Shown here: positions 29,106 to 39,068 of the stretch, piece after piece
Numbering within the stretch: position 1 is the stretch's first letter
Layout of the letters: every line of letters begins with the position of its first letter
Source: Acidobacteriota bacterium
GTDB taxonomy: Bacteria > Acidobacteriota > UBA890 > WLXD01
Assembly: GCA_965248695.1 (NCBI GenBank)
Contig: CBDFKD010000002.1
Span: 672,001-736,000, forward strand
Length of the DNA stretch: 64,000 nt
Direction of reading: 5' to 3'
Notes under the pieces: model-generated
What the model saw: the letters and a program-made list of their open reading frames with translations, nothing else
Database searches by the model: none
Told to the model about the DNA's origin: nothing
Position numbers and translations under genes: made by a program

Positions 29106-30365
29106 TGACCTGACCCCCGAAAACGGATCCGGATGTAATCTCACGATCTGGGTCAAGAACGGGAGGTCAGAATGCCGAGTAAGAGGCACAGCGCCGAGCA
29201 GATCGTACGCAAGCTCCGGGAGGCTGAGGTGGAGCTGGCTCGAGGGGCGACGGTCAAGGATGCCTGCCGCAAGCTAGCAATCACCGAGCACACCTACTAC
29301 CGGTGGCGGCGAGAGTACGGCGGACTGAAGCTCAACCAGGCCAGAAAGCTCAAGCAACTGGAGAAGGAGAATGCCCGGCTCAAGAGGCTGGTGGCGGAAA
29401 AGGAACTCGACCTGTCGATCCTGAAGGAAGTGGCGGAGGGAAACTTCTGAGCCCAGCTCGGCGGCGAGAGGCGGTGGCACATGTACGGGGGCGGCTGGGC
29501 GTCTCGGAGAGGCGGGCGTGTCGGGTACTGAAACAACCACGCACGACACACCGGTACGTGCCAAGAGAGCCGCAACAGGAGCAGATTTTGACGGAGCGGA
29601 TCGTGGATTTAGCCCGACAGTACGGGCGCTACGGATATCGGAGGGTGACAGCGTTGCTGCGCATGGAGGGCTGGTCCGTGAACCACAAACGAGTGCAGCG
29701 TATCTGGCGGCGCGAAGGGCTGAAAGTACCGAGAAAACAGCCCAAACGAGCACGGCTGTGGCTGAGCGATGGCTCCTGCATCCGGCTGCGCCCACAGCAC
29801 CGGGATCATGTCTGGGCGTATGACTTCCTGCACCACCGGACGCACGACGGTCGGGCTATGAGGCTGCTGACGATCGTCGATGAGTACACACGAGAAAGCC
29901 TGGCGATCCATGTAGCACGGAAGCTCAACTCTGAGGACGTGCTGGAGCAGCTCGGGAGGTTGTTCGTACACCGGGGCATACCTGAGCACATCCGGTCGGA
30001 TAACGGACCAGAGTTCACCGCCGAGGCGGTTCGCGACTGGCTGGGCCGGTTGGGCGTGGGGACGCTGTTCATCGAGCCGGGCTCGCCGTGGGAGAACGGT
30101 TACGTGGAGAGCTTCAACGGCAAGCTACGCGACGAGCTGCTGGATGGAGAGATCTTCTACACGCTCAAGGAGGCAAAGGTTCTGATCGAGAGATGGCGTC
30201 AGCACTACAACCGCATGCGACCGCACAGCTCGCTGAGCTATCGGCCGCCCGCACCCGAAGCGACGTTGTTGAAGCCGGCTGCGCTCCGCTTCGCCGGCCT
30301 CAACAACCTCTTGTCAGCACCGAGTTACTGAGATAAGACATGGTACTAACCGCGGGGTCAGGTCA
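29106..30365 (+). mobile_element. IS3-family insertion sequence (IS407-like), copy 1, 1260 bp
   Basis: TIRs TGACCTGACCCC...GGGGTCAGGTCA enclosing orfA and orfB. Confidence 0.95.
29172..30331 (+). CDS. IS3 transposase OrfAB (-1 frameshift at GGGAAAC near 29440)
   Basis: OrfA HTH 29172-29450. OrfB DDE domain with WAYDF, SDNGPEF and ESFNGKLRDE. Confidence 0.93.
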
Positions 30366-30520
30366 ACACCTCGTCTTGGTAAATCAGCGGCGCGGTCGTT
30401 AGGCACCCGTCCGCTTGGAGGTTATCGACGAGTCGCTGAAACTGCACTGGGGGCATGTAGCGCGCGTTCTTTTGCAGCAGCCGCAGCTCACGCAGCGTCT
30501 TGCGGACGACGCGCGTCTCC
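30366..30520 (-). pseudogene. ParB-like phage protein, N-terminal fragment cut by IS
   Basis: LRLLQKNARYM...FQRLVDNLQADGCLTTAPL ends at the IS right end. Confidence 0.55.
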
Positions 30521-31171
30521 AGCCCATTTGCAGTACCAGAGATCGTAGAGTGCTTGCGGCTCTTCGTCTCGGACGAGCCTTTCATAATTGAGCATTCCAG
30601 GCTTGCGCGACGCCAGCTTGAAGACGCCACGATATTTCATCGACACGGGCCGGGGTGTGAACGCCGTTGTCTTGACCTTAGAAACTCGAATCAGATGACG
30701 GCGCTCGAACACCGACACAGGTAGGCGAGCCGTTGCCAGCAGTGCAATGAGCTTTGACAACTTCCGATCGCGCGACAGCGAGAAGTCGCTAAGCAGGTAG
30801 ATGCCAGCGCCGCCGAACTTCTCCCGCGCGTAGATGAACGCGCCCGCGAGCATGCCGTCCAGGTACACGAGAAAGTTCAGCTCGCCGGAAGTGTGCGCGA
30901 TGCCTTTGGACAGGCAGCGATCTTTCAGGAAATTGAGTCTGGCTGAATCCGCCCGCACGAGGGTCACGACGGTATCGGCGGTGAGCGCGGCCGGATCCAC
31001 GGGCGCGTACTGGAACGGCTCGCTGCGGTGCCTGTTGACCCGCACGGACGATTTCGGCGTTTCGGCGTAGGTATAAACCGTGCGCCGCCCATCCTCCGAG
31101 TAGACGGTCACGGGGTTCAGGTCGGCGAGCTCACGGTCGGCGAAGACACAGTAAGGGGTGCCCCGGTCGCA
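30488..31171 (-). pseudogene. C-terminal GNAT/Mom-like part of a phage DNA-modification (putative antirestriction) protein
   Basis: YLLSDF...KLSKLI and TTAFTPRPVSMKYRG motifs. The 5' part is missing beyond the GC run near 31172. Confidence 0.55.
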
Positions 31172-31185
31172 GCGCGCGCGCGCGC

Positions 31186-31540
31186 ACGTGAGGGGGACTG
31201 GGAAGAGACCTACTTCAAAGCGCTAGAGCGGGGTCACACCAAAGAGTCGGCTGCTGGAATCGCCGGAGTGAGTGCGCAAACTCCTTACAAGCGCGTGCAG
31301 CGTGGAGACACCGAGTTCGCCGAGCAGGAGGAGATCCACTACAACCGGGGCACGGCGATGCTGCTGGAGGTGGCGCGGCGACGCATCCTGGATCCCAAGC
31401 GCCCCGGAGATCTCGTGCTCAAGCACCTGCTATCGGTTCGTGGCGTCAGCGAGCGCGTGCAGGTGACGGGTGCGGGCGGCGGCCCGATCCAGAAGGTCGT
31501 GGTGTACCTGCCGGGCAAGCAGCAGCCGCAGGAGTCGTGA
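31186..31540 (+). CDS. Phage terminase small subunit-like protein (5' end truncated or uncertain)
   Basis: HTH-like AAGIAGVSAQTPY and C-terminal VTGAGGGPIQKVVVYLP, upstream of the large subunit. Confidence 0.6.
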
Positions 31541-31931
31541 GTTGCATCCCCATCAGGTTGCGTTTACTTGCTGGTGGGGAGCTGCGACCGAACTTTTGGA
31601 CTTGAGCTGTGTGGCTCAAACGCCGATTCGTGCACCATGAATGGTGCAACGCTCCAGCCCACCCGATGCTATCCGAGCTTTCTACCGCGCCGAAACGAAC
31701 CGAGGTCTCGGACAGTGCGACCACCCGATGTTCGGTCTGTTTATTCTGTCGTGGGTCGGTCCCGCATGGCCCGTAGACCGCAGGCTGCGACCGCTAGTCC
31801 ACCCCATTGGAAGAATCGACGCGGCGGGATAGCTGTAAGCATTTACTGTACCTCATCGCTTTGGAGGTGCCGCAAGCGCCCCAGGGCGAGGACGAAAGCC
31901 GTGCCACGGTAGGGGGGAGTCAGAAAGAGGG

Positions 31932-33401
31932 GTGGGGGTAGTGGCGACAAGCCAGTCGAGTCAAGAAGCCGAGGTTGCGGTCGAGACGATCGAGACGATC
32001 GAGCTACGTCCGCAGCTGGGGCCACAGGAGGCGTTCCTAGCCTCGGATGCCGACATTGCGATCGCGGGCGGGGCGGCCGGTGGCGGCAAGACGTTCGCGC
32101 TGCTGATGGAGCCGCTGTACCAGCTGGACAACCCGCACTTTGGCACCGTGATCTTCCGGCGCACGTACCCGCAGATCATGGGACAGGGGGCGCTGTGGGA
32201 CGAGGCTGGGCAGATGTACCCGTTGCTCGGTGGCGAGGCGCGCGACTCAAGTGTCGAGTACCGCTTCCGCAGCGGCATGACGGTGAAGTTCGCCCACATG
32301 CAGCATGAAAAGGACCGGCTGGCGTGGAAGGGGGCACAAATTCCGATGATCGGGTTTGACCAGCTGGAGGACTTCACCCAAGAGCAGTTCTGGTTTTTGC
32401 TGTCGCGCAACCGCTCCGCACGCGCCGGCATTCGACCTTACGTGCGGGCCACGTGTAACCCGGTGCCGGAGGATGATCCGGTGGGCGGGTGGTTGAACCG
32501 GTTCATCCGCTGGTGGATTGACCCAGAGACCGGCTATGCGATCCAGGAGCGCGCCGGAAAGGTGCGCTGGTTCGTGCGGCTGGCGGAGGAGCTGCACTGG
32601 GCCGATACGCCCGACCAGCTGCACGAGCGCTTCCCTGAGCACGCTGCCACCGAGATCCGGCCGCGGTCAGTGACGTTCATCCCGGCCACGTTGGAGGATA
32701 ACCCAGCGCTGGAGCGCGCCGACCCCGACTACCGCGCCAAGCTTATGGCGCTGCCGTTGGTGGAGAGGGAGCGGCTGCTCAAGGGCAACTGGCACATCAA
32801 GGCAAAGGCTGGCCTGGTGTTCAACCGCGCCTGGTTGCGCGAGCTCCCGGCGATGCCGATTGACGTGGAGGGGTGGGTGCGTTACTGGGACAAGGCCGGC
32901 ACGGTGGACAACCCATCGGCCGCCTACAGTGCGGGCGTGTTGATCGGCAACCGGCCCGACGGGTCCTTCGTGGTGGGGGATGTGGAGCGAGGCCAGTGGT
33001 CGGCCCTGGAGCGGGAGAGGGTGATTCGGCAGAAGGCCGAGGCCGACGCGAGCCTGCAGGCGCCGGTGGCGACGTGGGTGGAGCAGGAGCCCGGCTCTGG
33101 GGGCAAGGAGAGTGCCGAGAACACGGTGCGTCAGCTGGCCGGGTTCGACGTTCACAGCGAGCGAGCCACAGGTGACAAGCTGACGCGAGCGCAACCGTTC
33201 GCCGCACAGGTGGAGGCGGGGAACGTCTCCTACGTGCAGGGGCCATGGAACGAGCCGTACCTGCAAGAGATGCACCGCTTCGACGGCAAGGCCAAGCCCA
33301 TGGACCAGGTGGATGCATCCAGCGGTGCGTTCAACAGGCTGACGCTCCAGAAACCAAAGCCCCGAGCTCGGGCGCTCGGGAGACCCCTGGGGGCGCGGTA
33401 A
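31932..33401 (+). CDS. terL: Phage terminase large subunit
   Basis: RPQLGPQ, Walker A GGAAGGGKT, ATCNP coupling motif, nuclease motifs WDKA, EQEPGSGGKE and DQVDA. Confidence 0.9.
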   Translation: MGVVATSQSSQEAEVAVETIETIELRPQLGPQEAFLASDADIAIAGGAAGGGKTFALLMEPLYQLDNPHFGTVIFRRTYPQIMGQGALWDEAGQMYPLLGGEARDSSVEYRFRSGMTVKFAHMQHEKDRLAWKGAQIPMIGFDQLEDFTQEQFWFLLSRNRSARAGIRPYVRATCNPVPEDDPVGGWLNRFIRWWIDPETGYAIQERAGKVRWFVRLAEELHWADTPDQLHERFPEHAATEIRPRSVTFIPATLEDNPALERADPDYRAKLMALPLVERERLLKGNWHIKAKAGLVFNRAWLRELPAMPIDVEGWVRYWDKAGTVDNPSAAYSAGVLIGNRPDGSFVVGDVERGQWSALERERVIRQKAEADASLQAPVATWVEQEPGSGGKESAENTVRQLAGFDVHSERATGDKLTRAQPFAAQVEAGNVSYVQGPWNEPYLQEMHRFDGKAKPMDQVDASSGAFNRLTLQKPKPRARALGRPLGAR

Positions 33402-33598
33402 TGACCGAGACCTTCCTGACCGTCTTGGAGGCTGCCGATCGCTACCATATCGCCGTGAATACGCTGTATCGGTGGATCGACAAGGGTGTTATCGGACACG
33501 TCCGTGTCGGTCCTCGCCGCGGTGGCGGCAAGCGGAGGTACATCCGTATCATCGAGTCGGAGCTGGCGGACGTGATGGTGGCGGAGGAGCGACGTTAG
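33401..33598 (+). CDS. Excisionase-like helix-turn-helix protein
   Basis: LTVLEAADRYHIAVNTLYRWIDKG. Confidence 0.75.
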   Translation: MTETFLTVLEAADRYHIAVNTLYRWIDKGVIGHVRVGPRRGGGKRRYIRIIESELADVMVAEERR

Positions 33599-33605
33599 CG
33601 ACCGC

Positions 33606-33917
33606 TTACACCTCCGCAAACTGATCGATGACTATGTCTCCCTCCGGGAACCGTGCCACGACTTGTAATTCACCCCCCATTGCTTCGATGTACCGGCGCA
33701 GTGTGCTGACGTAGGCATCAGTGCGCTTCTCCAGGGCGGAGACCGACGACTGGTCGCGCTCCATTAACTCCGCCATCGTTTCCTGCGTCAGCTCACGTGC
33801 CTTGCGCAGCTCGGCCAGCGGCATCGCGGCGATTTCTGCCAGCGCGCGCTCACGCACCGCTGCCTGCTGCTCTGGCGTTAGGTGCCGATCGAGAAGGTTC
33901 TGCCACTTCTTAGCCAT
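33606..33917 (-). CDS. XRE-family HTH antitoxin (HigA-like)
   Basis: LAELRKARELTQ...QSSVSALEKR..STLRRYIEAMGGEL. Confidence 0.88.
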   Translation of the reverse strand: MAKKWQNLLDRHLTPEQQAAVRERALAEIAAMPLAELRKARELTQETMAELMERDQSSVSALEKRTDAYVSTLRRYIEAMGGELQVVARFPEGDIVIDQFAEV

Positions 33918-34272
33918 TGTCGCCCTCCTGCGCGATCTCCGCGAGGTGCTCTTCGTACAGTTGGTCAGCGATAGGAATCATCCGCTCGTAGAAACCGCCG
34001 TCCCCAATCTTGGACCCGCCGATCAGCAGGATCGCCATCCGGCGAGAGTCGAACGCGAAGAACACGCGGATCTGGTTCCGCTTGACCCGCAGTTCCTTCA
34101 TGTTGGGGAATTGGCTGCCCTTCAGGGTGTCAGCATGCGGCCGATTCAGGCTGGGGCCGATGCGTTCGAGGATAGCGACTTTCTGGGCGATGTCCTCTTG
34201 CTCAGCAACTGATAGGCCAGCGAACCACTCGCTGAATTCGTTGGTGTGCTCGACCTCCCATCGCTTTTCCAC
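33910..34272 (-). CDS. RelE/HigB-like type II toxin
   Basis: GPSLNRPHADTLKGS..NMKELRV...RVFFAFD..R.AILL.GG.K, in toxin-before-antitoxin order. Confidence 0.88.
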   Translation of the reverse strand: MEKRWEVEHTNEFSEWFAGLSVAEQEDIAQKVAILERIGPSLNRPHADTLKGSQFPNMKELRVKRNQIRVFFAFDSRRMAILLIGGSKIGDGGFYERMIPIADQLYEEHLAEIAQEGDNG

Positions 34273-34370
34273 ACCTGTAATTATGGCTTTCACTAAATAT
34301 GTTGTCAAGACCATATAGGAGGTTTTCGGGTCATACACGGCAGGAGTGTTGAAAGCAGTTTCCGAACTCG

Positions 34371-34460
34371 GACCATCAGGAACCCTCAACTACCATCAGG
34401 AAACCCCAGGAACCATCAGGAAACCCCAGGAACCCCCAGGAACCCCCAGGAACCCCCAGC
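34371..34460. repeat. Nine tandem 10-bp units, consensus AACCCCCAGG
   Basis: GACCATCAGG AACCCTCAAC TACCATCAGG AAACCCCAGG AACCATCAGG AAACCCCAGG AACCCCCAGG AACCCCCAGG AACCCCCAGC. Confidence 0.92.
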
Positions 34461-34521
34461 TCGGAACTACTTGGTGCTATCCACCTAGCATCGGGGCGAT
34501 GCGTATGCCTACCCTCGATCC

Positions 34522-34690
34522 GTGGGCAGCAACGGGGCAGCAACCTCTACCGATCCGACCGTCGACGCGGCAGCACTCCGCGTGGCCGCCTCCACGCTCG
34601 TGGAGCGCTACGAGTTTGCCTCTCGGCACGGACTGACGTTCCAGAATGCCCGCGATCTGGCCCGCGCCCTCGGCTACAAGCCAGAACTGG
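34522..34690 (+). pseudogene. Probable phage portal (DUF1073-like) N-terminal fragment
   Basis: GLTFQNARDLARALGYKPEL at the expected position after terL, then the sequence diverges. Confidence 0.5.
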
Positions 34691-34847
34691 GGCCAGCCAG
34701 CCTCAGAGCCGAGTTGCTGTACGTTCGCATGCTGACCTCTTGGGAGTGCACCGTTTAACTTGTTACCTGCAGAAAAGGTTCTTGCCTTACCGTGCAGACT
34801 GCGAATTATTGAAGCTTCCGAATCGTAGATAATTCTTGGTTCGCGAG

Positions 34848-36011
34848 TTACTCCTGCTTCATATGAACAATAGCGCTGACCTGAACGTTGTTTTCTGTGC
34901 GGCTAAACTGGAACCCGGAGGCAGTGCCGAGTGCCATGCGGTTCCGCTGTATCTGCATGTCCGCGTTCCGAGCCTCTTCCCAAGCTTCCATCTCCATGTC
35001 GAGAGCGATCCGGCGGGGCTTTCGCCACGCCGATAGGAGCTCGAACCCGCTGTGATAGCCGCGAGAGTTCTCGGAGTCTCTCTCCCGCTCGATATAAATA
35101 CGATTGACCGTGATTGAGACCTCGGTCTCGTCCGGGAGATATGAGTTGATGCGCAGCATCAGCACGTTGTCATCTTCAACGCTCCACTCAAAGTCGAGCC
35201 GATCAAAGTCGTACTGATCTGTCACAAAGCCGGCATCGTTCCCCGCAGAAACAGTCATCTCCTCCGTTAGACGACCGCGCTCGGCAGGCGAGACCTCCAC
35301 GCGAAGTGCCTTACGTAGATTCTCTAAGCCGTTTCTTGCGTAGCTCGCCAGCATTCGATCCGTGCTCTTTAGCAGAGGACGCAGATGCTTGCGAGCCTTG
35401 CGGGCGAAAGTGACAGCATCGTCACTGTCCCAGACCGGAGTCGGATGCTCCTTGAGCATCATCGCCGCGCGGAGAAAAGAGACTCCGACAAAAAAATGAA
35501 CCTCGTCTATGAAGTCGGCCGCTGGATGCTCGCGTAAGAATTGCTCATATTGACGGGCTTGCCCGAGGGGGACCTGTGGATCCTCCCCGTCGTACTCGTA
35601 AGGAGGAGCTTCCCGGACCATCTTGCGCCACTTGAATAACGCCATATACTGACCGTTCGGAAACTCGGACAGATAATCATCGATAAGGCTTAGCGGCTCA
35701 TCGTGTCTATCTGGTGACAAGTACCGGTGGAATAACAGGGCAGCTTTATAGATCTCCTCGCGCGCTGGATGCTCTGGTATGGCGTCCAAGATCCGTTGGG
35801 CTTCGGGAAGCAAGGCGCGCCATTTCTCGAGCATTTTGTTCGAATAGGGAGGCTTTTCCACCACGCGCTTTATTTCTGCCACGAGCTTCGTAAGAGCTTC
35901 TGAATCCTGATCAGCCGTTGCCTGAGCAAGCGCGAGCGTGGCGGCGAGAACGAGGCAGCTCAACACTGCTCGAACAGGCGTGGCGGACAACAGCTCTCGT
36001 AGGTTTGCCAC
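34848..36011 (-). CDS. Hypothetical secreted protein with TPR-like helices (lower GC, cargo-like)
   Basis: AGGGAGG RBS, signal peptide, YLSEFPNG and FLREHP repeats. Confidence 0.6.
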   Translation of the reverse strand: MANLRELLSATPVRAVLSCLVLAATLALAQATADQDSEALTKLVAEIKRVVEKPPYSNKMLEKWRALLPEAQRILDAIPEHPAREEIYKAALLFHRYLSPDRHDEPLSLIDDYLSEFPNGQYMALFKWRKMVREAPPYEYDGEDPQVPLGQARQYEQFLREHPAADFIDEVHFFVGVSFLRAAMMLKEHPTPVWDSDDAVTFARKARKHLRPLLKSTDRMLASYARNGLENLRKALRVEVSPAERGRLTEEMTVSAGNDAGFVTDQYDFDRLDFEWSVEDDNVLMLRINSYLPDETEVSITVNRIYIERERDSENSRGYHSGFELLSAWRKPRRIALDMEMEAWEEARNADMQIQRNRMALGTASGFQFSRTENNVQVSAIVHMKQE

Positions 36012-36042
36012 TACATCCTCCCTGTATGTAGTTGGTTTGTTC

Positions 36043-36260
36043 TCACGGTAGCGTCCTCGCCATCCACCTCACCTCGCCCACGAGCACCGCATCGTCAGGC
36101 CAGGGCTCATCGGTCCAGGTGGGGTTGTCGCTGACCAGCAGCCAGGTGTGGTCGGGGCCCTTGGCAGCGCGCTTCACCACCAACCCCTCGTCTTTGAGCT
36201 GTAAGGCGTAGATGTGGTTGGTGCAGGGCCGGCGAGCGGTGCGGTCCAGGAGGATCTTGC
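36043..36260 (-). pseudogene. S24 peptidase C-terminal fragment of a CI-like phage repressor
   Basis: IYAL...GLVVKR...LVSDNP...LVGEVRW. No catalytic Ser motif or HTH upstream. Confidence 0.75.
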
Positions 36261-36343
36261 AACGACACCCATTGGGCGGCAAGCTGCTCGGCGGGTACCT
36301 GGCCAGTTTCGGTGTTCGTTCGTCGACCGCTTGCAGCGGTTAT

Positions 36344-37270
36344 TCATGGGTGTGTGTCTGGGATGCTCACGGGGTGCACCGGTTGGCCTTGGAGCCGGTC
36401 AGGTTTTCCCAGCGCTCGACAGCCGGCCAGCACACACGGCTCCACGAGCTTGGTCGGGAAGGTGGCGAAGTGCGCTTCGGGAAACGCATCTTTGCCGCTA
36501 TTCGAGATGGTCCAGACCGAGCGCAGGTTCGCACCTTGCTTGACTTTGCCGCCGCGGTGACAAGGGCGCTGCGGCCTAGCAGTCGGATTGGCCCCGTGAT
36601 AGTTCGGCGAATTTGCCCACCCAGAGATGTTGGATTTTCGCCACCTGCCATCAACCAAATCGCTCCGCGTCTCCGGGCGATATAGCGTTCGAACCGCGTC
36701 AGCGTCGTAGTAGTACCGAGCGGACTTCGACAGCAGGAAGACGTACTCGTGGGCCTTTGTGGGCCGATCGGTGACCGACTCGGGCATCGGGTTCGGCTTT
36801 GCCCAGAGGATGTCCGAGCGCAGCCACCAGCCATCCGCTTGCAGCGCGAAGGCGATGCGCCAGGGCATGCCGATCAAGTCCTTCGGCTTGAGCCCCGGTG
36901 TGCGCTCCATGCTTCCAGTGAGGTTCCTGATCTGCGCTGCCTTCACTTGGTTCGCGCTCAGAGCGGAGACATTCGGCGCGTGCTTGCCAGCGTGCTCTCG
37001 TGATTGGGCACCACACGAGCCCGCATAGCAGTCCCCCATGTTGAGCCACAGCGTGCCGTCGCTCCGCAGCACTCGGCGGACCTCTCGGAACATCGCCACC
37101 ATCTTGGCGACGTACTCGTCGAGTGTTGCTTCGAGCCCGACCTGGCCGTCAGTCCCGTAGTCACGGAGCCCCCAGTAGGGCGGCGAGGTCACGACGCAGT
37201 GGACCGACTCGTCCGGTAGCTGGGCGAGGCCCTCCAGCACGTCGGCACAGATCAGCCGGAAGTGCCTCAT
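36344..37270 (-). pseudogene. Phage N4-C/N6-A DNA methyltransferase, C-terminally truncated
   Basis: VTSPPYW, WAKPNPMPESV and HFATFP are present. The SAM-binding DPFxGSGT motif is absent. Confidence 0.85.
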
Positions 37271-37419
37271 GCGATGCGCTCTAGGGCCAGCAGCTCGTCG
37301 AGACGATCCTCGACCTCTGCCCGTGTGATCTCCGGGTTTCCCTCGTAGCTGGCCGCGTAGTACCCGGCCACGTAGGGCTTGAACCACTCGGCGTGCTCGA
37401 AGATGTACGGGCGCTCCAT
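37267..37419 (-). CDS. Small phage hypothetical protein
   Basis: MERPYIFEHAEW..., with a GGAGGA RBS and ATGA overlap with the methylase. Confidence 0.5.
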   Translation of the reverse strand: MERPYIFEHAEWFKPYVAGYYAASYEGNPEITRAEVEDRLDELLALERIA

Positions 37420-37598
37420 CACGACGCTGCTTCCTCCAGGAGCCGCGCTAGCGCCTCCTCTAGCTCCTCGCCGCTCACAAGTTGAGAGGGGTCTTCTTCG
37501 ATGGCCGCCAATTGCTCGCGGGCGATCTCGGCATCTCTCCATTCCTTCCTCGTTGCCTCGCTTCACGATGCCCTCCCGAGCCAGAGCCCGAAATCGGC

Positions 37599-37684
37599 TG
37601 GTACCGATTTGGTACCGTTTTCAACCCTCAAAGGGGGGTCTAGAGGGGTCTAAACTCCCTGTAAGTCGTTGAATCTACGTAGAT
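37599..37684. other. Candidate prophage end (att arm region)
   Basis: Direct repeats TGGTACCG x2 and GGGGTCTA x2, GTAAGTCGTTGAAT and palindrome ATCTACGTAGAT at the junction with the permease sequence. Confidence 0.5.
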
Positions 37685-38526
37685 CGGTGATCAACTACAA
37701 CACCGTCTCCCCCGGCTACATGGACATGGTCGGGGTGGGCCTGATCGCGGGCCGCCAACTCCGCGACAGCGACACCGGCGCCACGCCTGATGTGGTGATC
37801 CTGAACGCCACGGCCGCCGAGCAGCTATGGCCCGGCGCGGACGCTGTAGGTCGCAACGTGATCATCCGTGATCGCAGCGGCACAGAGCGTGTCGCCGCCG
37901 TCGTCGGTGTGGCGGGGAACACTGTCTATCGGCGCCTCGGTGAGCAGCCAATGCCGTTCATGTACCTGCCGCAGTCGCAGTGGTACCGGCCTGACATGGT
38001 GCTCCACGCACGTTCCCGCAGCTCCACACGCGACGTCGTCGCCGCACTTGTCGAGGAGGCCCGCGCAGCCGATCCTGAAGTGCCGGTCGAAGCGAACCGG
38101 ATGATCGATGAGATGGCCTTCGCGCTCATCGTCGTTCGTGTCCTCGGTGCGGTGCTGACCGCGGCTGGCGTCGTCGGGCTGTTGCTCTCGACCATCGGTG
38201 TGTTCGGCACGGTCGCCTACGCCACCGAGCGGCGGCGCCACGAGATCGGGATACGCGTCGCACTCGGGGCCGACAGGAGCGGTGTGCGCCGGCTCGTCCT
38301 CGCACAGGGCTGGCGGCTGACGTTGATCGGGCTCGCGATCGGGCTCACGAGCGCCGCGTTTGCGGCGCAGCTGATCGGCGCATTTCTCTACGGCGTGGCA
38401 CCGACCGACCCGCTGACATTCGCCGGGATCGCCGTAAGCCTCGTCGCGGTCAGCCTCGTCGCGAGCTGGGTGCCGGCTCAGCGAGCCCTGCGACTCGACC
38501 CGGCCGCCGTGCTGCACGGCGATTGA
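37685..38526 (+). pseudogene. ADOP/MacB-like ABC permease, C-terminal fragment (FtsX domain)
   Basis: VSPGY...RRHEIGIRVALGA...TDPLTF...PAQRALRLDP. Confidence 0.88.
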
Positions 38527-38669
38527 CGCGCTCTCCGCCGGATATCGTCGGATCGAGGCGCGTCGCGAGGTCTTACATGCTGCAGCCGTTACCTGATCAA
38601 CGGCCCTACTTGGTGAAGTTTCTTGTACGCCTATCGGAAATCATGCGCTCGCCTACTTAGTGTCCGTAT

Positions 38670-39068
38670 GTGAAGAGCATTCCAGCTGTGGCAGATACGC
38701 TGTATGTGCATGGGGAGACTGGAGTGGCGAGTCTATGGTGGCTGGGGGCCGGGGTGTATGTCCTCACGGTCGCGGGGTTGGTCTTGGCGCTGTACGCACC
38801 ATTTCAAGCGCCGGGATCGATTGCGTTCCGCGCAACCTTGGTGGCCATCGTCGCGGTGCTAACGACTGTCGCGGTCGGTGTGCCTGCAGCCCTGGCCGGT
38901 TACCGCTTCGGAGCGCGCAGGGCGTTCCAGCAGTTCATGGCTCGTGACTCCGACGAGTTGATTCGGCTTGCCGCTCGAGATCCGCTACTGTCCACGACAG
39001 AGCACGATCGAGCGGAGAATCCTCGGAAGCCAGAAACGCCAGGGCCTTCTTTAGTTCCGCCAAACTGA
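38670..39068 (+). CDS. Hypothetical membrane protein (uncertain)
   Basis: Two hydrophobic segments. Its 3' end overlaps the convergent XRE gene. Confidence 0.35.
   Translation: MKSIPAVADTLYVHGETGVASLWWLGAGVYVLTVAGLVLALYAPFQAPGSIAFRATLVAIVAVLTTVAVGVPAALAGYRFGARRAFQQFMARDSDELIRLAARDPLLSTTEHDRAENPRKPETPGPSLVPPN

Noticed and set aside
34371-34460. CRISPR array
   Set aside because: The units are 10 bp and contiguous, with no unique spacers and no cas genes in the window.
30366-37684. Functional prophage, gene transfer agent or diversity-generating retroelement
   Set aside because: There is no capsid, tail, integrase or reverse transcriptase gene, and most genes are fragments.
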